From: a virus
Direction: 5' to 3' (one strand)
Virus record (IMG/VR): IMGVR_UViG_3300040816_000831
Length of the DNA: 64,000 nt
In this document: one piece after another, positions 26,714 through 36,524 of the stretch
Layout of the letters: each line of letters starts with the position of its first letter
How positions within the stretch are numbered: position 1 is the first letter of the stretch
Position numbers and translations under genes: made by a program
The notes under the pieces: model-generated
Databases searched by the model: none
What the model was told of the DNA's origin: nothing
What the model saw: only the letters and a program-made list of their open reading frames with translations

Positions 26714-27159
26714 TAGACTCCGCTAGTAAATTTTCTCCACTCAATCATGTTTTTTATATTTTGGTGTCGCCATTTAACGTTTTCTAATATCTCTTTTAAT
26801 GTACTACAAACTTCTTCAAGATACTGTATTTTTGCCTGATGTTCTTGTATCACTGGGTCGGCATTATAGTAATAGTCCATATCGCCTTTTAATACAGTGA
26901 GTCCATTTAATGGGTCATAGTCCCAGCCTTTTTCATCTATCTGTTCTTTACTCATTTTGCCATTATAATGCATCCACTTGTCTTTAAGTATAACCTTAAA
27001 TTCAAGTTCAGCTTTCTTGAGTTTCATACGATTTATTGAAAGAAGTTCTAGGTATTTACCATGTAATTTAGCGGAATCTCTTGATGTCTCATCTAAATTC
27101 ATTTCATCGATGATTGAGTCAGTTTTCCACATTTCTAAGATTTGTTGCAAATTATTCAT
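26713..27159 (-). CDS. uvsY: Recombination mediator UvsY
   Basis: LHGKYL, IKNMIEWRKF; synteny. Confidence 0.9.
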   Translation of the reverse strand: MNNLQQILEMWKTDSIIDEMNLDETSRDSAKLHGKYLELLSINRMKLKKAELEFKVILKDKWMHYNGKMSKEQIDEKGWDYDPLNGLTVLKGDMDYYYNADPVIQEHQAKIQYLEEVCSTLKEILENVKWRHQNIKNMIEWRKFTSGV

Positions 27160-27166
27160 AATATAT

Positions 27167-27195
27167 ATTATACCATATTTTAGTGTATTTGTAAA
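27167..27195 (-). promoter_or_regulatory. sigma70-type promoter of uvsY
   Basis: TTTACA-17-TATAAT, 7 nt before ATG. Confidence 0.8.
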
Positions 27196-27203
27196 CGGTT
27201 TTT

Positions 27204-27674
27204 TTACTTAAATTCAAAATAAGTGTAACCAAATCCAACATCCATTTGAACAAATTCAACGCTTTCAGCTTGTGCGTTAAATTCTATAGGTGCCATACTT
27301 GTTGGAAACACTCCTTTGAATTCAACTTCTTTAACTACATTATTGTGGGATGTAAGTATAAGAAGAGTAGCATCGACCTTTAAATCTTCTGCATCTTTTT
27401 GCTGAGCAATTTTATGCATCCAATCAAAAGTCTCTATATAGTTATCTAGGTTTTCTGTTATATTAATACGTAATGATAAATCATCAAATGTAATTCTATC
27501 ACCTGTAAATGCTAAATTTACTCCACGATAACTTTGTTCGGCTTTAGTCATACTAAGACCTGGCAACGTAGCCGCAACAGCAAAATATTCTAAATTAGGA
27601 TAAAGATTGCTGGAAATTTTAAATTGAAATCCTACTGGACTTAAAAAATTCTTATTTGTAGTTAACGTTGCCAT
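27204..27674 (-). CDS. gp3: Tail completion / tube terminator protein
   Basis: NFLSPVGFQF, DATLLILTS; synteny; late promoter 27680-27687. Confidence 0.85.
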   Translation of the reverse strand: MATLTTNKNFLSPVGFQFKISSNLYPNLEYFAVAATLPGLSMTKAEQSYRGVNLAFTGDRITFDDLSLRINITENLDNYIETFDWMHKIAQQKDAEDLKVDATLLILTSHNNVVKEVEFKGVFPTSMAPIEFNAQAESVEFVQMDVGFGYTYFEFK

Positions 27675-27695
27675 ATATCTATTTATACGAGTTTA

Positions 27696-27911
27696 TTACT
27701 TACTATTAACAAATTCGTTTAATTCACCAGCAATTGCTATCACATCGCCTGCGCTAATTGAAGCGGCTGGTAAAGGTTTCTTATCATCTGGATGATTATC
27801 GTTATGCATATAAATTGCATCGACTTTTCTCTGGATGTTTTGCTCTAATAAACCTTGAGCTTGGTGTAGTAAGTCGGCTCTTATTTCAAAGCCTGATTTT
27901 CCGTTTGACAT
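27696..27911 (-). CDS. Hypothetical protein
   Basis: KSGFEIRADLL...A..LNEFV; SD AGGAG. Confidence 0.7.
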   Translation of the reverse strand: MSNGKSGFEIRADLLHQAQGLLEQNIQRKVDAIYMHNDNHPDDKKPLPAASISAGDVIAIAGELNEFVNSK

Positions 27912-27967
27912 ATTTTTCTCCTGTGTGTATGTGTCTGTACTTTAGTGTACCTATTATATATACACAT

Positions 27968-27995
27968 AAAAAAAGGGTCTCCGAAGAAACCCTTT
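27968..27995 (-). terminator. Rho-independent terminator after gp23
   Basis: AAAGGGTTTC-TTCG-GAGACCCTTTTTTT with cUUCGg loop. Confidence 0.9.
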
Positions 27996-28023
27996 AGTCG
28001 AATTAGATTTAACTAATTACAGT

Positions 28024-29349
28024 TTACACCATAATGTCGTCAACTCTGAAGATTCTGAAGTACTGGTTAGCACGGTTAGTACCGACGCCATCAGCAGCTA
28101 CGAATGGATTTGCAACCATACCGTATCTTGTTTTGAATCCCATTCTTGGTTGGAAGTCGTTCTCACCCACTGCTTTAACCATAGTTAAAGGTACGTAAGG
28201 ACAGTAGAACATACCAGCGTCATACGGGTTTGTTCCTCTATAACCAACACAAACAAAGTCTTGAGTAGCATAAGGGTCTATGTAAACTTTAACTCTTCCG
28301 TTAAGAACACCAGCAAAAGTATTACCTGTGTCATCAACGTTTAAGTTAGCTGATAAAGCTGGAGTATAATCCAACATTCCAGCAGCTGCTAAAGCTGAAG
28401 CAACGTCTGAAGAACAGATAACAAAATTACCTTTTCCACGTCTTGTTTCTTTAGCGATAACGTTACATTCTCTCTCTATTTGCATGATAAGACCTTTAAA
28501 TCTCTCTACCATCCATCTACCGTCTGAGTCTGTGTTAACATCAAAAATACCTGAAACAGCAGTTGAAGTTTGTAAAGCACCAATTTTTGCTTTAGTTAGA
28601 ATAGTTCTAACAACTTCTCTGTTGATTTCAGCTAAAATTTCAGCTGATAAGATATTAGCAAGTTCGCCTTCAGCGTCCAATCCATGAACTGCTTTAAGGT
28701 CTTGTGCTAATTCCATTGTGTACTCAGCTTTTAGAGCTCTTGACTTAGCTGTTACTGTTGATTTCTCGATTGAGAACGCCATCTCTCCGAAAGCGCCATC
28801 ACCAGTTTCGCCAACTCCTAATCTTTCAGCCGCAGCTGTAGATAAACCAGTACCGAATGTAGATACTGTATCAGCTTCGTCAGCGATTGTACCATCAGTA
28901 TCAGCATCAGTTACACCACCTAAACCAGTTGGTTCAGCTTGATGTGTACCTGTTCCTGAGAAGTCAGTGTCAGCTTCATTAAATAAAGCTTCAGTACCGC
29001 CCTGAGTTGAGTATTTTGATTTCATTGCGAAGATAAGTCCTGTAGGACCACTCATTGGCTGAACGCCAGCGATATCATAAGCAATAAGGTTAGGCATTGC
29101 ACGTCTGACTAAAGAGATTAATACTGGGTCAAATGAACCAATATTACCGCCGCCAATGTTATTGGCTGCTGCAGCTTCAGAAATATAATTTCCTTGTGCT
29201 TGAACTCTTTCTTCTTGTAGTGCAATTTCTTGGTTTTCTAACAATCTAGCTGTTACGGCTTTCTTGTAGTTATCCTGGATAGGTGATACTGATTCGTGAT
29301 CGAGTACAGCACCCCATTTTTCCATTAAGTTTTTGTCTGCATTAAACAT
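28024..29349 (-). CDS. gp23: Major capsid protein
   Basis: LVRRAMPNLIAYDIAGVQPM, KSRALKAEYTMELAQDLKAVHGLDAE, YCPYVPL. Confidence 0.99.
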   Translation of the reverse strand: MFNADKNLMEKWGAVLDHESVSPIQDNYKKAVTARLLENQEIALQEERVQAQGNYISEAAAANNIGGGNIGSFDPVLISLVRRAMPNLIAYDIAGVQPMSGPTGLIFAMKSKYSTQGGTEALFNEADTDFSGTGTHQAEPTGLGGVTDADTDGTIADEADTVSTFGTGLSTAAAERLGVGETGDGAFGEMAFSIEKSTVTAKSRALKAEYTMELAQDLKAVHGLDAEGELANILSAEILAEINREVVRTILTKAKIGALQTSTAVSGIFDVNTDSDGRWMVERFKGLIMQIERECNVIAKETRRGKGNFVICSSDVASALAAAGMLDYTPALSANLNVDDTGNTFAGVLNGRVKVYIDPYATQDFVCVGYRGTNPYDAGMFYCPYVPLTMVKAVGENDFQPRMGFKTRYGMVANPFVAADGVGTNRANQYFRIFRVDDIMV

Positions 29350-29359
29350 TTTTTTTTCC

Positions 29360-30502
29360 TTAATTATTAAAGTTTGTTATAGCTTGTGTGTATTTAGCCA
29401 TAGTGTCAGAAACGTCTGAATCGACAGTTCCTTCTCCTAATAAGCTATCTACTTCATCCACTGATTCACTAGACTCATTTTTAAAGTATGATTCTTTAAC
29501 AGTTTTTACTTTCATTTCGAAAGATTCTTTGTTATCAAAATCGATATCTTCTACTAATGATGCTAATTTTTCAGCTTCAGTTTCTGCAAGCCCTGATGAT
29601 TGTTCTCTTACTACAGCTTGTTTTTCAAATTCTTGAACTTTAGCATGTAACTCAATATTATCATCTGTGGTTTTATTTAAAGTCTCTTCTAGCTCAGTAA
29701 CTTGTTCTGATAAATCATCAACTAAGTCCACTTTACCTTCAGGTACTTCTATGTAGTGTTCTTTAAACACCGCTTGTAATGAAGTCATAAACTCTTCAGC
29801 AATTTCAGTCCTAAGACCTTCTTGTACTTGGAGTTGGTTCTCTTCCATCCAACCTTCGACTACGTAGTTAAGATATGAATCTACCTTTTCTACAAGTGAA
29901 GAATGAACTTCTGAAACTTCTTCTTCTAAATTTTGCGCATATTCTGCTTCAAGTCTATCAACTTCTTCGCTTAACTTACTAGTAAGTACTGCTTCGAATA
30001 TAATAGATGCTTTTTCACGGAATCCTTCGCTTAAAGTAGCTTCTTCTTTAATGATTGCATCTATATCATCTGAAAAGTCAATAGCCTCAACTGCAGCTTT
30101 CGCTTTAGGTTCTGGCATTTTGCTTGATACAGCATTTTCTGCATCCTTTTCTGATTTAATATTTGCAGGTTCACTATCGATAGTAACTAGCTTAGAGTAA
30201 AGTTTTTTTGCGTCTTCTGATTTAGCCTTCTTTAGCATATCAACTGTTGCTTGAATAACTCCAGCTTTAGTTTTTGGAATTTCAACTTGAGGTGCGTCTT
30301 CTTTGACTTCCTCTTCGTCTTCTTCTTCTTCTACTGGTTCTTCTTTAGAGTCGGAGTGTTTCATAGCATTAACTTTTTTCTTGTCTTTGCCATAAGTCTC
30401 TTCAAGTGATTCCTCATCTAAATTTTCATTTTCAACGAGAGCATCAACTTGCTCTTCTTCAACAGAGGATACTATTTCTGACTGATTTCTGTCGTCTGAC
30501 AT
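29360..30502 (-). CDS. gp22: Prohead core scaffold protein
   Basis: Acidic coiled coil; VDSYLNYVVE.W, FKEHYIEVPE. Confidence 0.93.
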   Translation of the reverse strand: MSDDRNQSEIVSSVEEEQVDALVENENLDEESLEETYGKDKKKVNAMKHSDSKEEPVEEEEDEEEVKEDAPQVEIPKTKAGVIQATVDMLKKAKSEDAKKLYSKLVTIDSEPANIKSEKDAENAVSSKMPEPKAKAAVEAIDFSDDIDAIIKEEATLSEGFREKASIIFEAVLTSKLSEEVDRLEAEYAQNLEEEVSEVHSSLVEKVDSYLNYVVEGWMEENQLQVQEGLRTEIAEEFMTSLQAVFKEHYIEVPEGKVDLVDDLSEQVTELEETLNKTTDDNIELHAKVQEFEKQAVVREQSSGLAETEAEKLASLVEDIDFDNKESFEMKVKTVKESYFKNESSESVDEVDSLLGEGTVDSDVSDTMAKYTQAITNFNN

Positions 30503-30514
30503 AATAGTTTTCTC

Positions 30515-31171
30515 CTATTTTAGATTTAATTTAGAGAGGAAATTTTTAAACGCTCTTATTTCAGCTTCATGCAAATTTTTGCTAGGAGCACGTCTAATTT
30601 CAGTCTCAATTTCTTCAATATCTTGTTGTCTAATAAGGCCGTTATCCCATACCCATTCAACACCTTCCATAACTCCATTTACAAACGCACTTGGAGCACT
30701 TGGGTCTTGAACGATATCTACTGTGGCCAACATAAAGTCGTCCCCCACGTAACTAGCGCCATTCTTTTGTACAAGACTTCCCATACCACGACTTGAAACA
30801 CCAAGCTTAACTCCACCCTCGAGTAGTCCTTCGACTATTTTTCCCATAGGGGTTTTAAGTATTGATGCCTTTCCTACAACATCATTTCCTTGCCAATGCA
30901 AATCTGTGATTTTGTGTGAAACTTTATCAAGGTTAACTGTTGGTCCTTCTGGATGATTTAACTCTCCAACAGCTCTCCCTGTTTTAACTTGTTCGGTAAC
31001 GTATTTATCTACAGCTTTCTCTAATGAAGCTTTTTCGTAAATACGACCGTTTCTGTTCTTTTTATTCGATTGCATGAACACACCTTCGATAAAATAGTCT
31101 CTAGAACCATCTTTCTTTTGTTCACAAATCGTTTCTATATTTTGTTCTACGTATTCTGTTATTAATTTCAT
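30515..31171 (-). CDS. gp21: Prohead protease
   Basis: NRNGRIY, GELNHP, GVSSRGMGS, DPSAP. Confidence 0.97.
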   Translation of the reverse strand: MKLITEYVEQNIETICEQKKDGSRDYFIEGVFMQSNKKNRNGRIYEKASLEKAVDKYVTEQVKTGRAVGELNHPEGPTVNLDKVSHKITDLHWQGNDVVGKASILKTPMGKIVEGLLEGGVKLGVSSRGMGSLVQKNGASYVGDDFMLATVDIVQDPSAPSAFVNGVMEGVEWVWDNGLIRQQDIEEIETEIRRAPSKNLHEAEIRAFKNFLSKLNLK

Positions 31172-31191
31172 TTAAATACCTAGTGAGAGGA

Positions 31192-31380
31192 TTAATCCTC
31201 TTCTGTTACTTGTTCTTCTTCAGCAGTAACTGCAACACGCTGGTTAAGTCCTGACGCAATTTCTATTTTCTTTGCATCAAGAGCAGCTGTCATTTTTGCA
31301 GCCATAACAGTATTAAACTGTTTATTTGCTGAAACGTTATCTCCATCTTGTAGATTTTTTATCAATTCATTTACATTCAT
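31192..31380 (-). CDS. Small prohead core protein (gp67/gp68 position)
   Basis: Between portal and protease; SD AAGGA; late promoter 31400-31407. Confidence 0.65.
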   Translation of the reverse strand: MNVNELIKNLQDGDNVSANKQFNTVMAAKMTAALDAKKIEIASGLNQRVAVTAEEEQVTEED

Positions 31381-31410
31381 TTGTTTATCCTTGTTTATAT
31401 ATTTATATTA

Positions 31411-32913
31411 TTATGCATCCCAACGAGGGTCATCTGCATCTGGAGTATCATTATCTCCACTTTTTGTCTCCTGGTCGATTTGTTTTTGAATTTCTTCAAT
31501 CTCATCGTCAGTCTGACGTAATACGTTTTTACGTATCCATTCATTTGAAATATATTTGCCTACGTATTGGTCTAAAGAACTTAACATATCAAATCTTTCT
31601 CTCAACATTTCTGATTGTTTTAATTCAGAAAAGTAGTTATCTTCTATAAAATCAAAGGCAATACTTTCTTTCCAATCTTTCCAATCACTCTCAGTAATAA
31701 TACCTTTAAGTAATAATTGAGTTTTTAATAGTTGCATAAACAAATCAGAGAATCTTTTTCTTAATCTGTCTATGAACTTCTTAAACTTTACTTCGTCTCT
31801 TGTAATCTCAGATGTTCTTCCAAGACTGAATTGAGCTTCTTGTTCTAATCTATTAACTGGAACATTCAATGACTTATACAATTTCTTCTGGAAATATATA
31901 ATATCATCTATTTGTCCTAAGTTTTCGCCGCCTGGTAGCGTAGTGATTTCAGTTCCTCTTCCACCTTCTCTTCGTGGTAAGAAGAAATCTTCCAACATAC
32001 TCATATGTTTTCTGTCGTCTTTGATATCACCAGTCTTAGCATCATATACCAATTTGTTTCTATATTGATTCATAATACCTCTTAGGTATTCTTCAGCCTT
32101 ACCTTTAGGTAAGTTACCAACATCAATATAAAATATCCTACGTTCTGGGGCACGTGATATTCTGTATATAACCAATGAATCTTCCATCATTCTAAGTTGA
32201 TTTACTGGTTTTAATGCTTTATGTAAATAAGATAGAATTCTTTTTCTACCTGGGTCCATTACACCCGATGTACAATATGCAATTGCATCAGGATATATTT
32301 TTAAACCTTGTTCTGCGCCATTCATTGTCTTATCTTGAAATAAGAAAAACTCATCTACTTTCTTAATAAGTTTTGCGCCTGTCTTAGGGTCTTGTTGTTC
32401 CTCAATCTCTTTAACTTTTCTTAGTTTAGTTGGGTCAATGTACCTAAGTTCTTTTATTCCTTTCTTTGGATTTTTACTATCAATTATAATATGATATGGT
32501 AATCTACCATCTATATACCATTTACGATATATATCATGAGCATAAGCATTAAAGTTTAATAATTTTAATACTTCTTCAAACTCAAATTTAATAGCTTCTT
32601 TAATTTTATCTGATAAATCTAATTCATCTAATACTATATTAACAGGAGCTTCATCGTTATCTCCTACTATTGATTCATTTATTATATCCTCAACAGCTGC
32701 ATCGCATTCTGGCTGTGATGCTATATCTCTATATTTTAATATTAATTCAACTTCATTTTTGACCTTATCACCATCCATGTCGATGTATGCGCCAAAATGA
32801 CCGCCAGCTTGTATAACACCTGAACCATCCTCGTCCGTTTTAGGGACGAATGAAGGTAGCTCTTTCGCATTAGCTAATTTTCTTTTTATTTCAAAACCGA
32901 ATAGTTCTGCCAT
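31411..32913 (-). CDS. gp20: Portal vertex protein
   Basis: YRISRAPERRIFYIDVGNLPK.KAEEY, LPRREGGRGTEI. Confidence 0.98.
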   Translation of the reverse strand: MAELFGFEIKRKLANAKELPSFVPKTDEDGSGVIQAGGHFGAYIDMDGDKVKNEVELILKYRDIASQPECDAAVEDIINESIVGDNDEAPVNIVLDELDLSDKIKEAIKFEFEEVLKLLNFNAYAHDIYRKWYIDGRLPYHIIIDSKNPKKGIKELRYIDPTKLRKVKEIEEQQDPKTGAKLIKKVDEFFLFQDKTMNGAEQGLKIYPDAIAYCTSGVMDPGRKRILSYLHKALKPVNQLRMMEDSLVIYRISRAPERRIFYIDVGNLPKGKAEEYLRGIMNQYRNKLVYDAKTGDIKDDRKHMSMLEDFFLPRREGGRGTEITTLPGGENLGQIDDIIYFQKKLYKSLNVPVNRLEQEAQFSLGRTSEITRDEVKFKKFIDRLRKRFSDLFMQLLKTQLLLKGIITESDWKDWKESIAFDFIEDNYFSELKQSEMLRERFDMLSSLDQYVGKYISNEWIRKNVLRQTDDEIEEIQKQIDQETKSGDNDTPDADDPRWDA

Positions 32914-32933
32914 ATATTCCTCACTACATTATC

Positions 32934-32972
32934 AGAGGGGACATAATATCCCCTCTTCTAATATTATTTATA
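32934..32972 (-). promoter_or_regulatory. Late promoter plus 5' stem-loop ahead of gp20
   Basis: TATAAATA at 32965-32972; AGAGGGGA...TCCCCTCT hairpin 32934-32956 without U-tract. Confidence 0.6.
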
Positions 32973-32975
32973 TAC

Positions 32976-33503
32976 CTAAGAAGTAGTGTCAGATTCCCAG
33001 TATTGTACTTGGAATTCAACTGTGAACTCTTCAATAGTATTTTCTGAGTCATAACTTACTTCTATCTCAGAGATATTAGTTGGAAATAGACCTCTAAAGT
33101 CATATTTCTTCGTAACTTCTCCAGCTTTATTCAATTGTTCTACAACTGCGTCAGCTTGATAGTCGGTAGGATTAGATAATCCTGTGTTTTCGTTATGTCC
33201 ATTAATACCATTCATCCAACGTTCCATAGCGTTACGAACTGTGAAATCAACATCGTTGATTACAGTAATTGTCCAAGGGTCAAATGTTCTGTCACCAGCT
33301 ATTTGCAATGTTCTACCTCTGAATAATACAGGGATAGGTGCAATAATTGATGCAGGCATTTGAGCTGTTTTACACATAAAGGATGTTTGTTCAACATCAC
33401 CTCGTGCATAACTTGGATAGTTCATAGTCACCTTGAAAAGGTTAGACCTTGCTCCACCGCCTACTAATTTTGATTTAAAATCGTCTACGCCTAATATTGC
33501 CAT
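32976..33503 (-). CDS. gp19: Tail tube protein
   Basis: GGARSNLF, AGDRTFDPWTITVIND, IEEFTVEF. Confidence 0.96.
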   Translation of the reverse strand: MAILGVDDFKSKLVGGGARSNLFKVTMNYPSYARGDVEQTSFMCKTAQMPASIIAPIPVLFRGRTLQIAGDRTFDPWTITVINDVDFTVRNAMERWMNGINGHNENTGLSNPTDYQADAVVEQLNKAGEVTKKYDFRGLFPTNISEIEVSYDSENTIEEFTVEFQVQYWESDTTS

Positions 33504-33514
33504 GTCTTAATCTC

Positions 33515-35233
33515 CTATGAACCTGAGATCTCGGAGAATTCAACTCCGGACCTTGTTGCTACGAAGCTCAATGTAATAAAGTTAATACTTCTTGCAGGCT
33601 TGATAAAGATATCTGCTACAAATTTATTACCGTCAATTACTGAGCTAGTGTTGTTAGTGTTATCACAGATTACTGAAAAATCTGTAAGTCCACGTCTACC
33701 TTTGACGTCTCTTAAGAACGGTTCAACTAAGTTTCTGAACTGCGCTCTTGTAAATTCGTCGTTAAATTCGAATAGTTGCGCTTTAGCTGCTGTGCTAACC
33801 GCTTTTTCTAATACGATAAAGAGTCTACGTACATTTATTCTATCGAATGCTGAAGGTCTGCTTAATAAAGTTTTATCTCCAAATAGTAAAGTACCTTGTC
33901 CAGGTAATGATACTATAGGATTGACTCTTGCTTTATATAAAGAATCCCTATCTGCTTTCTTAGGATTAAATGCTAATTTAGTTACTCCTAAAAGTTGACC
34001 CCTGTTTATTCCTGCTGGAGAGAACCATGCATCTGCTACTGAATCAGTATTAGCGCAAAGTCCTGCCATGTGACCAGAAGCTGCTATATATCTGTATTTG
34101 TCATTATATTTGTCATATACATATAGTGCTGTTGAATCACAAGAAGCATAAGATGTTGATGTTAAACCATCAGCAAAAGCTTTTACGCTTGCTGCTGGAG
34201 TAGCATTATTAACAGTGTCTTCTAATGGTGGTGAAATAAATGCCATACAATCTTTTCTTGCATTTACAATAGATATTAAATCTTCTGCTATTACTTCATC
34301 GCCATCGGCGTCTGCAGCTGCAAAAAGTAAGTTAACATCTACAGTTTCAGCATCTTCTAAAAGATCGAATCCTGCGGCTATTTCGCCAGTTGTTGGTGTG
34401 TTATCATCAACTCCACCTGCAAGTGAAGCTTCAATTGCTGATGCGTGTGTGTGGAAGCTATTAGACGCTTCTGCGTCTCCTGTTCCACCAGTTACTGCTT
34501 TCGCTGCAACTAAAGTAAATCCTGCTTCTAGTAAGTTTGTATCATGGTCAATCCATCTGATATAGTTAGATTGATTGTTAATAACATCCTTATAGTAGTT
34601 AGTACTACCGTCGTCTTTTTTAGCGTCAGAGGCTTGTGATACAAATCCAAAAGTTTCTAATACTGTACCTGGTGTACCGCTTAATGCGCCATCTTCATCT
34701 ATAACAGCAATATGCAGTTCGTCATTAGTGACTCCTGCTGCAGTTGCAGATGCTGATGTACCTGGTGCAGCATCAAAATTACTAGCATAAGTCCAACCAC
34801 TGAATGGTGAAGCTCCTGCTGTTATCATTGATACCTTTATGCTATTACCCAGTACTCCTGGATGTTTAGCTGCCCATGCCCCCAAATTAAGACTTCCATC
34901 TGCATAATTATTCAAATAATGTTCATTATTTTTTATCAGCTGTCCTGTACCTTGCGCGGTCGCGTTTAAATGACCTGAAGCTACTCGAACCACTTTAAGA
35001 GCATTACCATACTTTAAAAAAGATGCTGCTACTAGAAAGTGTTTAGCTGTGGAATCGTCTGGTGTACCAAACGTAGCTGCAAGTTCGTTTTCTGAACCTA
35101 CCGTTACAATTTGTTCCACTGGACCCCAGTTGAATGCTCCTGCAAATCCACCAATGCTGGTTGATACTGCTGGGACTACATTCGTGGCGTCGATTTCTTG
35201 AACCTGAACGCCCGGTGATACTTGAAATGCCAT
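33515..35233 (-). CDS. gp18: Tail sheath protein
   Basis: SPGV, WFSPAG, FDRINVRRLF, KPARSINFI; late promoter 35296-35303. Confidence 0.97.
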   Translation of the reverse strand: MAFQVSPGVQVQEIDATNVVPAVSTSIGGFAGAFNWGPVEQIVTVGSENELAATFGTPDDSTAKHFLVAASFLKYGNALKVVRVASGHLNATAQGTGQLIKNNEHYLNNYADGSLNLGAWAAKHPGVLGNSIKVSMITAGASPFSGWTYASNFDAAPGTSASATAAGVTNDELHIAVIDEDGALSGTPGTVLETFGFVSQASDAKKDDGSTNYYKDVINNQSNYIRWIDHDTNLLEAGFTLVAAKAVTGGTGDAEASNSFHTHASAIEASLAGGVDDNTPTTGEIAAGFDLLEDAETVDVNLLFAAADADGDEVIAEDLISIVNARKDCMAFISPPLEDTVNNATPAASVKAFADGLTSTSYASCDSTALYVYDKYNDKYRYIAASGHMAGLCANTDSVADAWFSPAGINRGQLLGVTKLAFNPKKADRDSLYKARVNPIVSLPGQGTLLFGDKTLLSRPSAFDRINVRRLFIVLEKAVSTAAKAQLFEFNDEFTRAQFRNLVEPFLRDVKGRRGLTDFSVICDNTNNTSSVIDGNKFVADIFIKPARSINFITLSFVATRSGVEFSEISGS

Positions 35234-35315
35234 CGCTTTGTCCTCTATTTTGAGTTAGTTAATAAGTTTCATAATAAGAATTATTCAATTACTATTATTT
35301 ATAATAAAGTGTTTT

Positions 35316-36524
35316 CTAACGAGTTAACTCAACTGATTGAGAATTATATTCTATTATAGGATTTTTGCCTGATATATCAATAATATTATGTTCATGCATT
35401 ACCCCATTTTTTGACCACTTAACTCTATCTCCATCGAATTCCATGGAATCTGTTTGTATTTTATTTTCAAACATTGATATATATGTTGTTGGTTTTAACC
35501 AATAGTCTCTATTTTTAAATTTTTCTAAAACCTTTTTAGGTAAATTTTCACCTGTTGCTTTTCTATAACCTTTTGTTCCTGGTGTTGAATTGATTTCAAT
35601 AAACATTGGTGGTATCTTATTTCTATCTTTCGATGGGAATATATCTACACCTACCCATAAACCATCAACAGCTTTAGCTGCTTTTTCTACATGTTCTATT
35701 TCTAAATCTGTTAATTCTATTGGTTCAGGTTTTGAGCCTAAAGATACGTTTGTTCTAAAGTCCTTTGCAACTTGTGGTCTTTTTATTGCGCCATGAAACT
35801 TACCACCAATCACATGTGCACGAATATCGAATGTAAAGTCATCAATCATTGTTTGTAATAACACACCCATATTCGGGTCTAACTTATGCATTAATTGTAC
35901 AGTAGAATGTAATGAACTTTCTGAATCTACTTTAATAACACCAATACCTAATGAACCTGTAAGTGTTTTAAGAATAACTGGATATTTACCACCTAATCTT
36001 TTCATAGCATCAATTGCTTTTTCTGGATGATGTATTAAAACAGTTTTAGGTTGATTTAGTTCTGCTTCAGCAAGATACAAACTTGTTCTATATTTATCAG
36101 ATGTAATTTCCATACATGCTCTTGTATTTACACATACAACGCCTGCTCTTTCTAATTGAGTTAAAAAGTCTGACCATGCTTTTCTTTTAGTAACAGGTGC
36201 TCTTACAAATACAATTGTATTATCATCAATTTTAAACTTTCTTTCTTTCTCTGCAATACCATCATAGATATACCTTACACCATTTTCTAAATCAGAATAT
36301 GCACCTTGCACATCTACTTTAAACGCTTTAAGACCTAGCTTCTCTCCTTCTTTTATAAAGTCATCTGCAGTTGCCTCAGGGTCATCAGGGTCTTCTGGGT
36401 CATCATACCAGAGATATACGAATCGATATGTTTTCTCTTCTTCTTCAGACAATACTTCTATATCTTCCCACTGTTCTGTAGTATAGTTATATTTTCTTTT
36501 TCTATAATCGCTAAAATTTTGCAT
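35316..36524 (-). CDS. RimK-like ATP-grasp ligase
   Basis: DKY, YPVILKTLTGSLGIGV, DIRAHV, FRTNVSLG, GVDI, IEINSTPG; start at MQNFSD overlapping gp17 end. Confidence 0.85.
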   Translation of the reverse strand: MQNFSDYRKRKYNYTTEQWEDIEVLSEEEEKTYRFVYLWYDDPEDPDDPEATADDFIKEGEKLGLKAFKVDVQGAYSDLENGVRYIYDGIAEKERKFKIDDNTIVFVRAPVTKRKAWSDFLTQLERAGVVCVNTRACMEITSDKYRTSLYLAEAELNQPKTVLIHHPEKAIDAMKRLGGKYPVILKTLTGSLGIGVIKVDSESSLHSTVQLMHKLDPNMGVLLQTMIDDFTFDIRAHVIGGKFHGAIKRPQVAKDFRTNVSLGSKPEPIELTDLEIEHVEKAAKAVDGLWVGVDIFPSKDRNKIPPMFIEINSTPGTKGYRKATGENLPKKVLEKFKNRDYWLKPTTYISMFENKIQTDSMEFDGDRVKWSKNGVMHEHNIIDISGKNPIIEYNSQSVELTR

